Positions 1-8,595 of a stretch of 64,000 nucleotides of DNA are shown piece by piece (within the stretch, counting starts at the first letter, position 1; every line of letters starts with the position of its first letter). The DNA comes from Candidatus Zixiibacteriota bacterium. GTDB lineage: Bacteria; Zixibacteria; MSB-5A5; GN15; JAAZOE01. The DNA lies in assembly GCA_043819555.1 (NCBI GenBank), contig JBDREQ010000063.1, positions 1 through 64,000 of the forward strand, in the 5' to 3' direction. The notes below the pieces were generated by a model that was not told where the DNA came from, did no database searches, and saw nothing but the letters and a program-made list of their open reading frames with translations. The position numbers were made by a program, and so were the translations under genes.

Positions 1-77
1 CCAGAGGCTGCTTATAATTTGTTGAACCTTTTTTATTGAACACGAATACATCCTTTCCTATTTGAGTATTTTATATA

Positions 78-142
78 GTGCGGTTCAAGTGTCCCCCTGC
101 GCCGGAATCAGTATGGGTCAGATGTGGACATCTGACCCGCAC
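78..142. repeat. REP-like inverted doublet
   Basis: Hairpin GGGTCAGATGT-GG-ACATCTGACCC at 115-138 followed by GCAC; a degenerate inverted partner GTGCGGTTCAAGTGTCCC starts at 78. Intergenic. Confidence 0.55.
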
Positions 143-166
143 GGAAAACAATTTATTCTTTCTGTA

Positions 167-721
167 TCAAAATAAATATGGAATAAACATTTTAGTTCGT
201 CTCATATATTCTCTATATTCGTCTCCAAAGAATTTAATATTCTCCGCCTCCTCCATTTTCGCCGTCATAAATAGAAAAAAGGTCGCGATTAATGCAAGGC
301 AAATTGTGATTAGATTAATTTGTTTGAACAAAGCGCCCCATGCCAGAAACAAAAGCGAGCCGTATATCGGATGGCGAATATATTTATATGCCCCAACGGT
401 AACCAGCTTTGTTGTTTTCTCTAAACCTATCAGTGACGGGTCCTCGCGGCTGCTGTCCGGTTTTCCAATAGATATTAACAGCCGTATTCCTGCAATGAGC
501 AAAACCAGAGAAATAATCAGCAAAAACCATGCTATCAATTGATCGGTACTTAATGGATAGTCAAACCAATGTCCGATATTCAAAAGTATTAACGCCAGTA
601 TCGCTTCCCATGCATAGAAACGATAGAACCCGTGCGAACGGAAACTACGCAACGATTTCCATGACAGCCACACCAACCCAACCGTTACTATGATGAATAT
701 TATGATTTTGTAATGGAGCAT
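167..721 (-). CDS. Isoprenylcysteine carboxylmethyltransferase/PEMT-family membrane methyltransferase
   Basis: Several TM segments; motifs GAYKYIRHPIY and EE..IKFFGDEYREY..RTKMFIP. Confidence 0.85.
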   Translation of the reverse strand: MLHYKIIIFIIVTVGLVWLSWKSLRSFRSHGFYRFYAWEAILALILLNIGHWFDYPLSTDQLIAWFLLIISLVLLIAGIRLLISIGKPDSSREDPSLIGLEKTTKLVTVGAYKYIRHPIYGSLLFLAWGALFKQINLITICLALIATFFLFMTAKMEEAENIKFFGDEYREYMRRTKMFIPYLF

Positions 722-788
722 ATTTCAACCTCTAATGAAGACTACTTTCCCCACAACAAGCTGTGGATCATCTTTCAAGTCCACTTCC

Positions 789-1174
789 TGTCATTCCCGA
801 GAGCGTAGTCCCTCGCGGGACGAAGCGAGTCGGGAATCCAGAAAATTTATACTAAACTATATCATTATACAAGTCATTCCAGTTTGGATTCGATTCTTCA
901 ATTAATCTCAGCTTCCACTTTCGATTCCATTTCTTCACCTGTTTTTCTCGTGCTATAGAGGATTCCACATCGGCAGTATGCTCAAAATAGACCAATTTAT
1001 GAACGCCATATTTCTTTGTAAATCCTTCAATGAGATCATTCTTATGTTCGAGCACTCGTCGGACTAAATCATTTGTGATCCCAATATAAAGAGTTCCGTT
1101 TCGTTCGCTTGCCATAATATAAACATAGTACTGTTTCATTGATCTTCTGGATACCCGCCTGCGCGGGTATGACA
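789..1174. mobile_element. Putative REP/MITE-like element carrying a GIY-YIG nuclease gene ('filled' copy)
   Basis: Left arm TGTCATTCCCGAGAG...CGAGTCGGGAATCCAG (789-841) and inverted right arm CTGGATACCCGCCTGCGCGGGTATGACA (1147-1174) tightly enclose the nuclease ORF; the same arms recur without the gene at 30545-30637. Confidence 0.6.
852..1139 (-). CDS. GIY-YIG nuclease family protein (UPF0213/YhbQ-like)
   Basis: YYVYIMAS...LYIGITNDLVRRVLEH, REKQVKKW, NPNWNDL. Start set at MKQYY (1139); the upstream extension is just translated repeat. Confidence 0.9.
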   Translation of the reverse strand: MKQYYVYIMASERNGTLYIGITNDLVRRVLEHKNDLIEGFTKKYGVHKLVYFEHTADVESSIAREKQVKKWNRKWKLRLIEESNPNWNDLYNDIV

Positions 1175-1230
1175 AAAATTTATTCCCAGCTGTAAATATT
1201 CCGAGCGACAGCCAAAAAGTGACGAGTCAC

Positions 1231-2133
1231 CTAGAACAATCTCTCCCGCTTTGACAAAAACGCATACAACGCTTTATCAAACGGAGTTGATGTATTCAAT
1301 AAATGATAATCGGCGCGGGCTTGCCGGCATTCGGACTGGATGTAATCAGTCATCTTCTCAAACTGCTTCTTGTAATCTTTTTTTATCTGCCAAGGAAGTG
1401 TTGTGATTTTCTCGCCGGTCTCCATGTCCTGGAAAATCGCCTCACCGGCAAAAGCAAAATCCCGTTCGCGCGGATCGAGAAGATGAAATACGATAACTTC
1501 ATGATTGCGATGCCGAAAATGTTTTATCCCTGATACAATCTTTTCCGGATCGTCAAACAGGTCCGATATGATTATCACCAAACCCCGGCGACGAATCCTC
1601 TCGGCCATCTCATGCAGTGGCAAAGCCAAATCTGTCGTCGATTCGGTTATTAAATTCGAAAATTGATTAAGAAGAACGTGCAAATGTCCCGTCGCTGAGC
1701 GGGGCGGGATATATTTATTAATTTTATCGGCGAACGTCACCAGCCCGACCGCGTCACGCTGTTTGAGCATCAGATACGACAGCGATGCCGCCAGTGTCAG
1801 GGCATAGTCGAATTTATTGACCAGTTTTTTATCCGACGAATATCCCATCGAAGCCGAGCAGTCCAGCAGGAGATATCCTTTGAGATTAGTTTCTTCCTCG
1901 TACTGCTTGATATAATATCGGTCGGATTTGGCATACACTTTCCAGTCGATATCGCGGATCGAATCGCCCGGCATATACTGCCGGTGTTCGGCGAACTCGA
2001 CCGAGAACCCATGATACGGAGATTTGTGCATCCCGGCGATAAATCCCTCGACGACCATCCGCGCCTTGAGCTCCATCCCTTTGAGCTTCGACACCGTCTC
2101 CGGCGACAAATATTTCCTATAATCAGTTTGCAT
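1231..2133 (-). CDS. DUF58 domain protein (MoxR-associated, vWA-like)
   Basis: GMHKSPYHGFSVEFAEHRQYMPGD, IDWKVYA, LLDCSASM, IISDLF. Confidence 0.92.
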   Translation of the reverse strand: MQTDYRKYLSPETVSKLKGMELKARMVVEGFIAGMHKSPYHGFSVEFAEHRQYMPGDSIRDIDWKVYAKSDRYYIKQYEEETNLKGYLLLDCSASMGYSSDKKLVNKFDYALTLAASLSYLMLKQRDAVGLVTFADKINKYIPPRSATGHLHVLLNQFSNLITESTTDLALPLHEMAERIRRRGLVIIISDLFDDPEKIVSGIKHFRHRNHEVIVFHLLDPRERDFAFAGEAIFQDMETGEKITTLPWQIKKDYKKQFEKMTDYIQSECRQARADYHLLNTSTPFDKALYAFLSKRERLF

Positions 2134-2136
2134 GTA

Positions 2137-2589
2137 TTAGTCTTTCGTCAGGTCGAGATATTCAGCGAATATTTGTTTTGTTTCACTAAATTTGGCGTGA
2201 CACCATTTAATATTCTCGTGTTGTTCATTTACTATTTTATTTCTTTCGTCCCCCACCGGTAAATTCTCTAACATTTCGTTATGCGTTATTATTTCTAATC
2301 CTTTGCCAAAGATCTCTTTTCTATATTCTAATATATCATCATCAAATAGAAATTCTGCGTCTATTGTCTTTCTCATTAGTTCCTTGCTGTCCTCATGCGT
2401 TAATTGATTCGGTCTGCGGAGAATTGTAGCAATATAAGACATAATCGCATGAAAAATGTCACGTCGTTTTTCATATAGGGCTAGCTTTTTTTGGTATTGG
2501 GACTGTTTTCTTTTTTCGGAAACATTATAAAGCAACAACAAGATATTAAAAATGCCCAAAACCAAATTTACTCCTAAAGCAACATCCAT
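2137..2589 (-). CDS. Hypothetical protein with N-terminal TM helix
   Basis: 150-aa ORF with GAGG RBS; AT-rich; stop lies 3 nt before the DUF58 start. Confidence 0.7.
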   Translation of the reverse strand: MDVALGVNLVLGIFNILLLLYNVSEKRKQSQYQKKLALYEKRRDIFHAIMSYIATILRRPNQLTHEDSKELMRKTIDAEFLFDDDILEYRKEIFGKGLEIITHNEMLENLPVGDERNKIVNEQHENIKWCHAKFSETKQIFAEYLDLTKD

Positions 2590-2649
2590 CTAAATATCCT
2601 CGTATCGCTAGAGTTTATCTCACCTATAATCCTAATATAACTCCCTTCC

Positions 2650-2678
2650 CGCGTAGCGACAACTCTCGAATTGTCGCT
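2650..2678 (+). repeat. GTAG-type REP-like palindrome
   Basis: CGCGTAGCGACAACTCTCGAATTGTCGCT; near-identical copy at 36096-36126. Confidence 0.7.
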
Positions 2679-2687
2679 TTTGGTAAT

Positions 2688-2715
2688 CTGGATACCCGCT
2701 TTCGCGGGTATGACA
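2688..2715 (-). repeat. Solo GTCATACCCGC-type palindrome (right arm of the GIY-YIG element family)
   Basis: CTGGATACCCGCTTTCGCGGGTATGACA, matching 1147-1174 except in the loop region. Confidence 0.8.
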
Positions 2716-2725
2716 TCGATTACAC

Positions 2726-3676
2726 TTAATCGTCAAATATCGCTAATTTCATTGTGCCGTCAGCGAGCATATATCCGCGGTACATGCCTTTGGAATTGAA
2801 AGGCATGGCGATATTCCCGGCGCGGTCGATAGCAATCACGCCACCCGAACCGCCCAGCTCGGTAAACTTTTTCATCACGACCAAATCGGCGGCTTCGGAT
2901 AGAGCCATATTCTTATACTCCATCAACGCCGCGATATCATACGCGATCATCCCGCGCATGATATATTCGCCGACTCCGGTCGCCGATACCGCGCAGGTTT
3001 TGTTATCGGCATAGGTTCCGGCTCCGATCATCGGAGTATCTCCGATGCGCCCGCTTCTTTTGTTCGTCATCCCTCCGGTGGATGTCGCCGCGGCAAGATT
3101 ACCGTTTTGGTCAATGGCTACCGCTCCGACTGTTCCCATTTTATCTTTGTCATCCGAATGGTCAAGTTGTGTTGCCGGACTGTCCTGTTTCTTTTCGCGC
3201 GCCAGAGCTTTCTGCCATTGTTCACGGCGGAATTCGGTATCGAAATAAGTCATATCATCAACCAGCGTCATACCATTGGCAACCGCGAACTTTTCAGCGC
3301 CTTCACCGGCAAAGAGGATGTGATCGCTTTTGTCGTAAACCATCCGCGCCAGAAGAATCGGATTTTTGATACGCCGAACATTGGCGACCGCCCCAACGTT
3401 TTTGGTCGCGCCTTCCATGATACAGGCGTCCTGCTCGTGACCGCCGTCATGAGTAAACACCGCGCCAACTCCAGTATTGAAAAGCGGGTTGTTTTCCATC
3501 ACGACGACTGATGCCTGAGTGGCATCTAGAGCCGTTCCGCCATTTTTGAGAATCTCGTATCCGGCTTTAAGCGATTGCGTCAACCCCTCGAGATATGCTT
3601 TTTCTTTTTCGGGCGTCATTGACGTTCGGAGTATCGTCCCCGCCCCGCCGTGTATCGCAATTGAAAAGTTAGTCAT
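2726..3676 (-). CDS. iaaA: Isoaspartyl peptidase/L-asparaginase (Ntn hydrolase, type 2 asparaginase)
   Basis: IAIHGGAG, autocleavage/nucleophile GTVGAVA, ATSTGG, GRIGDTP, SATGVGE. Confidence 0.93.
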   Translation of the reverse strand: MTNFSIAIHGGAGTILRTSMTPEKEKAYLEGLTQSLKAGYEILKNGGTALDATQASVVVMENNPLFNTGVGAVFTHDGGHEQDACIMEGATKNVGAVANVRRIKNPILLARMVYDKSDHILFAGEGAEKFAVANGMTLVDDMTYFDTEFRREQWQKALAREKKQDSPATQLDHSDDKDKMGTVGAVAIDQNGNLAAATSTGGMTNKRSGRIGDTPMIGAGTYADNKTCAVSATGVGEYIMRGMIAYDIAALMEYKNMALSEAADLVVMKKFTELGGSGGVIAIDRAGNIAMPFNSKGMYRGYMLADGTMKLAIFDD

Positions 3677-3741
3677 GGGTTAGTTATCTCGCTTTACGAT
3701 GGAACCAAACATTCAAATGGTGAATCCCAATTCCAAGTTTT

Positions 3742-3771
3742 GGGTGGCCCACAGCTTGCTGTGGGCCACCC
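3742..3771. repeat. Perfect 14-bp-arm palindrome (REP-like)
   Basis: GGGTGGCCCACAGC-TT-GCTGTGGGCCACCC; a degenerate relative ending TGGGCCACC lies at about 19898-19941. Confidence 0.7.
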
Positions 3772-3855
3772 GTCAATGAATAAAGAAGTACAATTGTAAT
3801 TTGCATGAATGATTTCATGATATTGCATCCCTTCCCTGCTCCCAATTTTATTTTT

Positions 3856-3891
3856 CCCCTCTTGAGAGGGGTGCCGCGAAGCGGTGGGGTG
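3856..3891. repeat. CCCCTCTTGAGAGGGG-type palindromic repeat
   Basis: CCCCTCTTGAGAGGGG followed by TGCCGCGAAGCGGTGGGGTG, directly after the moxR stop. Confidence 0.55.
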
Positions 3892-3894
3892 TTA

Positions 3895-4890
3895 CTACTT
3901 CTCCCCAACCGTCTCCAATAATTTATTTACAATCGCGATCGTATCGATGCCTTCGGCTTCGGCATTGAATGAAGTCACGATGCGATGGCGCAGGACGGGA
4001 ATGGCGGCGAATCTGACATCATCTACCGATGGTGTCGGACGGCCGTCCAAAATCGCGCGGGTCTTGGCGGCAAGAATCAAATACTGTCCGGCTCTCGGGC
4101 CGGCCCCCCACGATACCCAGTTCTTGATAAAATCGGGAGCGCCGTCTTCGTGTGGCCGCGTTGCACGAGCCAATCGAACGGCATACGAAACAAGGTGCTC
4201 GGATACAGGAACCATCCGCACCAGTTTTTGAAAGGTAACAATTTGTTCGGCATTTAATGATTTTTCAAGTTCTGCAGTCGGAGCCGCGGTCGTTGTCATG
4301 ACAATCTCCTCTTCTTCAGACTGCGACGGATAATCGACATAAACATTGAACATAAACCGATCGAGCTGTGCTTCGGGAAGCGGATAGGTCCCCTCCTGCT
4401 CAATCGGATTTTGCGTCGCGAGAACAAAAAACGGCTCGTCGAGCTTGTAAGTATTACCCGCCGCCGTAACTTCATGTTCCTGCATCGCCTGGAGAAGCGC
4501 GGCTTGAGTCTTTGGAGGTGTGCGGTTGATCTCATCGGCCAAAATAATATTGGCAAACACCGGCCCCCGCACAAATTTGAATCCGCGCTTTCCGGTCGCA
4601 TGATCTTCTTCAATAATTTCCGTGCCGGTGATATCAGACGGCATCAAATCTGGCGTAAACTGGATCCGGTTGAATTTCAAATCGAGAATCCGGGCCAGAG
4701 TTGAAATCAAAAGCGTTTTGGCCAGACCCGGAACACCCACGAGGAGGCAGTGCCCCTGCGCCAGAAGAGCAATAAGGAGTTGCTCCACAACAGCTTCCTG
4801 GCCGATAATGATTTTACTGATTTCTTTTTTTATTTGTGAATATGAATTCTGTAAATCCAGCAGTTTCTGAGCGTCATCTGTATTGGTCAC
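3895..4890 (-). CDS. moxR: MoxR family AAA+ ATPase
   Basis: Walker A GVPGLAKT, RIQFTPDLMPSD, Walker B LADEINR, ATQNPIEQEGTYPLPEAQLDRF. Confidence 0.95.
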   Translation of the reverse strand: MTNTDDAQKLLDLQNSYSQIKKEISKIIIGQEAVVEQLLIALLAQGHCLLVGVPGLAKTLLISTLARILDLKFNRIQFTPDLMPSDITGTEIIEEDHATGKRGFKFVRGPVFANIILADEINRTPPKTQAALLQAMQEHEVTAAGNTYKLDEPFFVLATQNPIEQEGTYPLPEAQLDRFMFNVYVDYPSQSEEEEIVMTTTAAPTAELEKSLNAEQIVTFQKLVRMVPVSEHLVSYAVRLARATRPHEDGAPDFIKNWVSWGAGPRAGQYLILAAKTRAILDGRPTPSVDDVRFAAIPVLRHRIVTSFNAEAEGIDTIAIVNKLLETVGEK

Positions 4891-5024
4891 GATTTAAAAA
4901 CCTCCAAAATATGTAAAAATTATCGAGAAATACTATTTCCCTCGAAACGCCTCAAAACGGCGCAAATATTGAGATTGGCCGAAATTTCGCAGAAATTGCC
5001 CTAACCTCAAATAGGAGTTGGAAT

Positions 5025-5123
5025 TGTGGATAAATGCTTTACCGCGCCTTTATCAAGAATATGCAACACAATGCATGATAACAAATTAACGACATTTCCA
5101 CAATATCGAACAGCTTATCAACA
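5025..5123. promoter_or_regulatory. DnaA-box cluster
   Basis: Perfect TGTGGATAA (5025-5033), ATTTCCACA (5094-5102) and TTATCAACA (5115-5123) in an AT-rich intergenic region. Confidence 0.45.
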
Positions 5124-5124
5124 T

Positions 5125-5523
5125 CTACTTGACAGTTTCAGATGTATCTTTTCGCAGTTTTGCGGCCGCTTCGGAATAATTATTGGTCGTTAGTGGCCTG
5201 CCGTCCTTCATATTGCACGACCCGCAAAATACAGCGCCCTGCTCAATAACCAGTGATTTGGTCTTTATGTCGCCGTTAATTTCAGATTGAGCCTGCAGTT
5301 CGACTTTTTCCTTAGCAATGACATTGCCTTTGAGCTTCCCGGCAATCGACGCATTACGACAATTGATCTCGGCTTCGATGTTTCCCCCGGAACCAATCGT
5401 TACCGTATCTTCGCAATTAACTTTGCCGCTAATCTTACCATCAATGCGAAGCGGACCCTTGACCTCAATCGTTCCGGTAATGGTCGAGTCCTTGCCGATA
5501 ATGGTGTTCATTTTTCCATCCAT
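5125..5523 (-). CDS. Bactofilin (polymer-forming cytoskeletal protein, CcmA-like)
   Basis: NTIIGKDSTITGTI...LRIDG...GDIKTKSLVIEQGAVFCGSCNM beta-helix pattern. Start could be 5523 or 5559. Confidence 0.92.
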   Translation of the reverse strand: MDGKMNTIIGKDSTITGTIEVKGPLRIDGKISGKVNCEDTVTIGSGGNIEAEINCRNASIAGKLKGNVIAKEKVELQAQSEINGDIKTKSLVIEQGAVFCGSCNMKDGRPLTTNNYSEAAAKLRKDTSETVK

Positions 5524-5548
5524 TTTGATCTCTTCGGTTTTAATGTTT

Positions 5549-6328
5549 TTAATTTTCATATGCAAAATACTTTATAGGGTTAACAGCCTTTCCGTTAATT
5601 CTGATTTCATAATGCAGGTGCGGAGCCGAGCTTTGTCCGGTGTTGCCCGAAAGCGCGATCCGCTGTCCCGCGAAAATAGTGTCGCCAACCTGTACTAATA
5701 AAGCGCTATTATGGCCGTACAGCGTTTCGATACTATCGTTGTTATTGACAATCACAGTTTTGCCGAATTCAACTCGTTCCCCGGCGAATATCACCTCCCC
5801 AAAAGCGGTCGAATAAACCGGCGAACCAATCGCCATCGCCAAATCAACTCCCTCATGACGCTTGCCCGGGATTTCGGAATAACCGCGCGTGATCCATCCA
5901 ATCGCGGGCAAACCATCCGGAATCGGAGATGACGGCGGCAGCGAACGCGATATCGAACTCGGACGAGTCTGAGTGTGGCTTTCGGTAAATGTTTCATCGT
6001 CGCCATATAAATCGGCCAATAGAATCGAATCCAGGCCGGCCATCGCGACGACATCCGCCATAAGCTGGCGCGTTTCCAAAAGCGACTGTTCCAATATCTG
6101 AACTTTATATTGATAGAGCCTCAGCGATTCATTCTCCTCGGCCAATCGTTCGGCGTCGGCCGCAAGTGAAACGATATTAAAATAAATAATTAAATAAACG
6201 ACTGGCGCGATCAGAACCAAACCGATAAAAATTATCAGCGTGCGATATAACCAGACCGCCATGCGAAACCGCTTCGGCTCCTCCTGATCGTCAGGCACAA
6301 TCATGAATGTCAAATAATGCCCAGCCAT
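5549..6328 (-). CDS. M23 family metallopeptidase with N-terminal TM and coiled coil
   Basis: HEGVD, YGH, HLHYE motifs. Confidence 0.92.
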   Translation of the reverse strand: MAGHYLTFMIVPDDQEEPKRFRMAVWLYRTLIIFIGLVLIAPVVYLIIYFNIVSLAADAERLAEENESLRLYQYKVQILEQSLLETRQLMADVVAMAGLDSILLADLYGDDETFTESHTQTRPSSISRSLPPSSPIPDGLPAIGWITRGYSEIPGKRHEGVDLAMAIGSPVYSTAFGEVIFAGERVEFGKTVIVNNNDSIETLYGHNSALLVQVGDTIFAGQRIALSGNTGQSSAPHLHYEIRINGKAVNPIKYFAYEN

Positions 6329-6332
6329 ATCT

Positions 6333-7181
6333 CTAAGACAGTTTCCTCATCATATCAAGTAATCGGTTCAAATCCTCATCTCCATAATACTCTATTTCTA
6401 TACGCCCTTTTTTTAACCCGGGTACGATTTTTACCGCCGTGCCGAGAATATGTTTCAAAAACGTCTCGGCATCCTCAATCCCCGAAGGTTTTCGTTTAAC
6501 CACCAACCGGCGCCGTTTCGACCGGCGAGCCATGTCCTCCGCCTGCCGTACCGACATTGTCTCCGCTATAATTTTCTGCGCTACCTTGTTGCGCAAACTC
6601 GGATCGCTCACCGACAAAATCGCGCGGGCATGACCTTCGGTCAATTTACCCTCAACAATCAGTTGGCGAATATTTTCAGGCAGCGTTAAAAGCCGCAGAG
6701 TATTAGCCACTGAAGCGCGATTTTTCCCAACTTTGTCCGCCAGCGCCAATTGGGTAATGCCGCATTCTTCAATCAGAGCCCGGTACGCCTGAGCCGTCTC
6801 AATTGGATTTAGATCCTCGCGCTGAACATTTTCAATCAGAGCCAGCTCGAGCATTTCGTTTTTACCCAGATCCCCCATTATTAATGCCGGAATTTCTTCA
6901 AGACTAGCGATTTTGGCCGCCCGAAAACGACGCTCCCCGGCAATGAGAGTAAACCCTTCACCCTCTTTCTTGACTAAGATCGGCTGAAGCATCCCTCGCG
7001 CCTTGAACGATGCCGCCAGCTCGCCCAAAGAATCGCTGTCGAATGATTTGCGCGGCTGATGCGGATTAGGCGCTATTCGATTCAATGGAATCGATTGATA
7101 TGCTCCTTCCAATGTTTTCTCTTTGTCAGCGGTCGGAATCAATGCTTCCAGCCCGCGCCCTAATGCGATTTTACTAACCAT
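6333..7181 (-). CDS. parB: Chromosome partitioning protein ParB/Spo0J
   Basis: [46 protein letters not shown]. Confidence 0.97.
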   Translation of the reverse strand: MVSKIALGRGLEALIPTADKEKTLEGAYQSIPLNRIAPNPHQPRKSFDSDSLGELAASFKARGMLQPILVKKEGEGFTLIAGERRFRAAKIASLEEIPALIMGDLGKNEMLELALIENVQREDLNPIETAQAYRALIEECGITQLALADKVGKNRASVANTLRLLTLPENIRQLIVEGKLTEGHARAILSVSDPSLRNKVAQKIIAETMSVRQAEDMARRSKRRRLVVKRKPSGIEDAETFLKHILGTAVKIVPGLKKGRIEIEYYGDEDLNRLLDMMRKLS

Positions 7182-7935
7182 GACTCAATATCTCCTTGGC
7201 CAGAGAAATATAATTTTGCGCTCCAGTGGACAATATATCATATAAAATAATCGGCTTGCCGAAACTCGGAGCCTCCGATAAACGGACATTGCGATTGATT
7301 GCCGTCCGGTAAACTTTGTCTGGGAAATATTTGCGCGTTTCCTCGGCCACCTGACGCGACAGGTTCAGACGGCCGTCATACATCGTTAGGAGAACACCCT
7401 CGATTTTCAAATCGGGATTGAGATGCTTCTGGACCAGATTTATGGAGTTTAACAATTGCCCCATGCCTTCAAGAGCATAATACTCACATTGAATGGGGAT
7501 GATGACCGAATCGGCGGCGGTAAGAATATTCAACGTCAGAAGTCCGAGGGAAGGCGGGCAGTCAATAATAATATATTCATAATCATCAACTATTGTAACT
7601 AATATCTCTTTTAATTTATGCTCCCGGGCCACCATCGGCACCAGCTCGACCTCGGCCCCAACCAGGCGCACATGCGACGGAAGCAAATTCAGATATGCCA
7701 ATTCCGTGGAGACGATCGCGTCGGCGGCATTAGCCAGTCCAATCAAAACCTCATAAGCCGTCGTATCGTCATCTTTGGCGTGGTATCCCATGCCGCTGGT
7801 CGAATTGGCCTGAGGATCCATATCCATTAAAAGAGTTTTTCTTTCGGCCGCCGCCATACAGGAGGCAAGATTAATGGCTGTCGTTGTTTTCCCCACGCCC
7901 CCTTTTTGATTGGTAACCGCCATTACTTTGGCCAT
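7174..7935 (-). CDS. parA: Chromosome partitioning ATPase ParA/Soj
   Basis: [38 protein letters not shown]. Confidence 0.97.
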   Translation of the reverse strand: MAKVMAVTNQKGGVGKTTTAINLASCMAAAERKTLLMDMDPQANSTSGMGYHAKDDDTTAYEVLIGLANAADAIVSTELAYLNLLPSHVRLVGAEVELVPMVAREHKLKEILVTIVDDYEYIIIDCPPSLGLLTLNILTAADSVIIPIQCEYYALEGMGQLLNSINLVQKHLNPDLKIEGVLLTMYDGRLNLSRQVAEETRKYFPDKVYRTAINRNVRLSEAPSFGKPIILYDILSTGAQNYISLAKEILSHG

Positions 7936-8013
7936 AAATCCTCGCTGTCCAAAACATCAGTGTTAAAACGTTAGAGTATCAAATTTTATAACGCAGCGCA
8001 ACAAATATTTTTG

Positions 8014-8595
8014 TTAAATTTCAGATAACGTAATTCTTTTTTTCGGTGAGTTATCCATTGAATAATCAATTACTTGAATTTGATCATACAAACTATCGGG
8101 AAAATTCGGGCCATAATAAATCATGAGTGCGCCACGAAGAGCAAGTCTTTTAATATCAGGAAATATTTTCCCGTCAAGACTTATGCGGCGGGAAACAACC
8201 AGAGAATATTGAGTTTTATTGGTAAAGTCAGATATATCCCGGCATTGTACATCAGCGTACAAACCGAGTCGATTCAGCGCCAGGGTGAGAAAGTCGGCCT
8301 TTTTTCTCGACCTTTCGACCATTGTTATGTTTAATGCCGGTATAGCCATGAGGAATGGAATTGAAGGGATACCCCACCCGGAACCGATATCAAGAATTTT
8401 ATCATCATTTTTAATCCATCCCAATTCCATTGGGATTAGAGAATCAGCAATGATTTGTCCTAAATCTTCCCGTTTCAGATTTCTGGAAAATAGATTGAAG
8501 CTACGGTTGGCCTTTTCTACCAGATCCAGATAAATATCAAGTCCTGGCATTTTAATATATTTTTCAATCAATCCCCTGGAAATGTACTTATTCAT
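8014..8595 (-). CDS. rsmG: 16S rRNA m7G527 methyltransferase RsmG (GidB), divergent
   Basis: LDIGSGWGIP SAM motif, VERSRKK, VVSR; lies between mnmG and parA. Start set at MNKYI. Confidence 0.85.
   Translation of the reverse strand: MNKYISRGLIEKYIKMPGLDIYLDLVEKANRSFNLFSRNLKREDLGQIIADSLIPMELGWIKNDDKILDIGSGWGIPSIPFLMAIPALNITMVERSRKKADFLTLALNRLGLYADVQCRDISDFTNKTQYSLVVSRRISLDGKIFPDIKRLALRGALMIYYGPNFPDSLYDQIQVIDYSMDNSPKKRITLSEI

Noticed and set aside
1..51. 5' end of a minus-strand gene running off the window
   Set aside because: An RBS-like AGGAAAGG and start codons exist, but at most 17 codons are visible; frame and product cannot be assigned.
1140..1175. N-terminal extension MSYPRRRVSRRS of the GIY-YIG ORF
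   Set aside because: Translation of the repeat arm.
3684..3908. 74-aa minus-strand ORF between moxR and iaaA
   Set aside because: Built largely from two palindromic repeats and overlaps the moxR end; no family motif.
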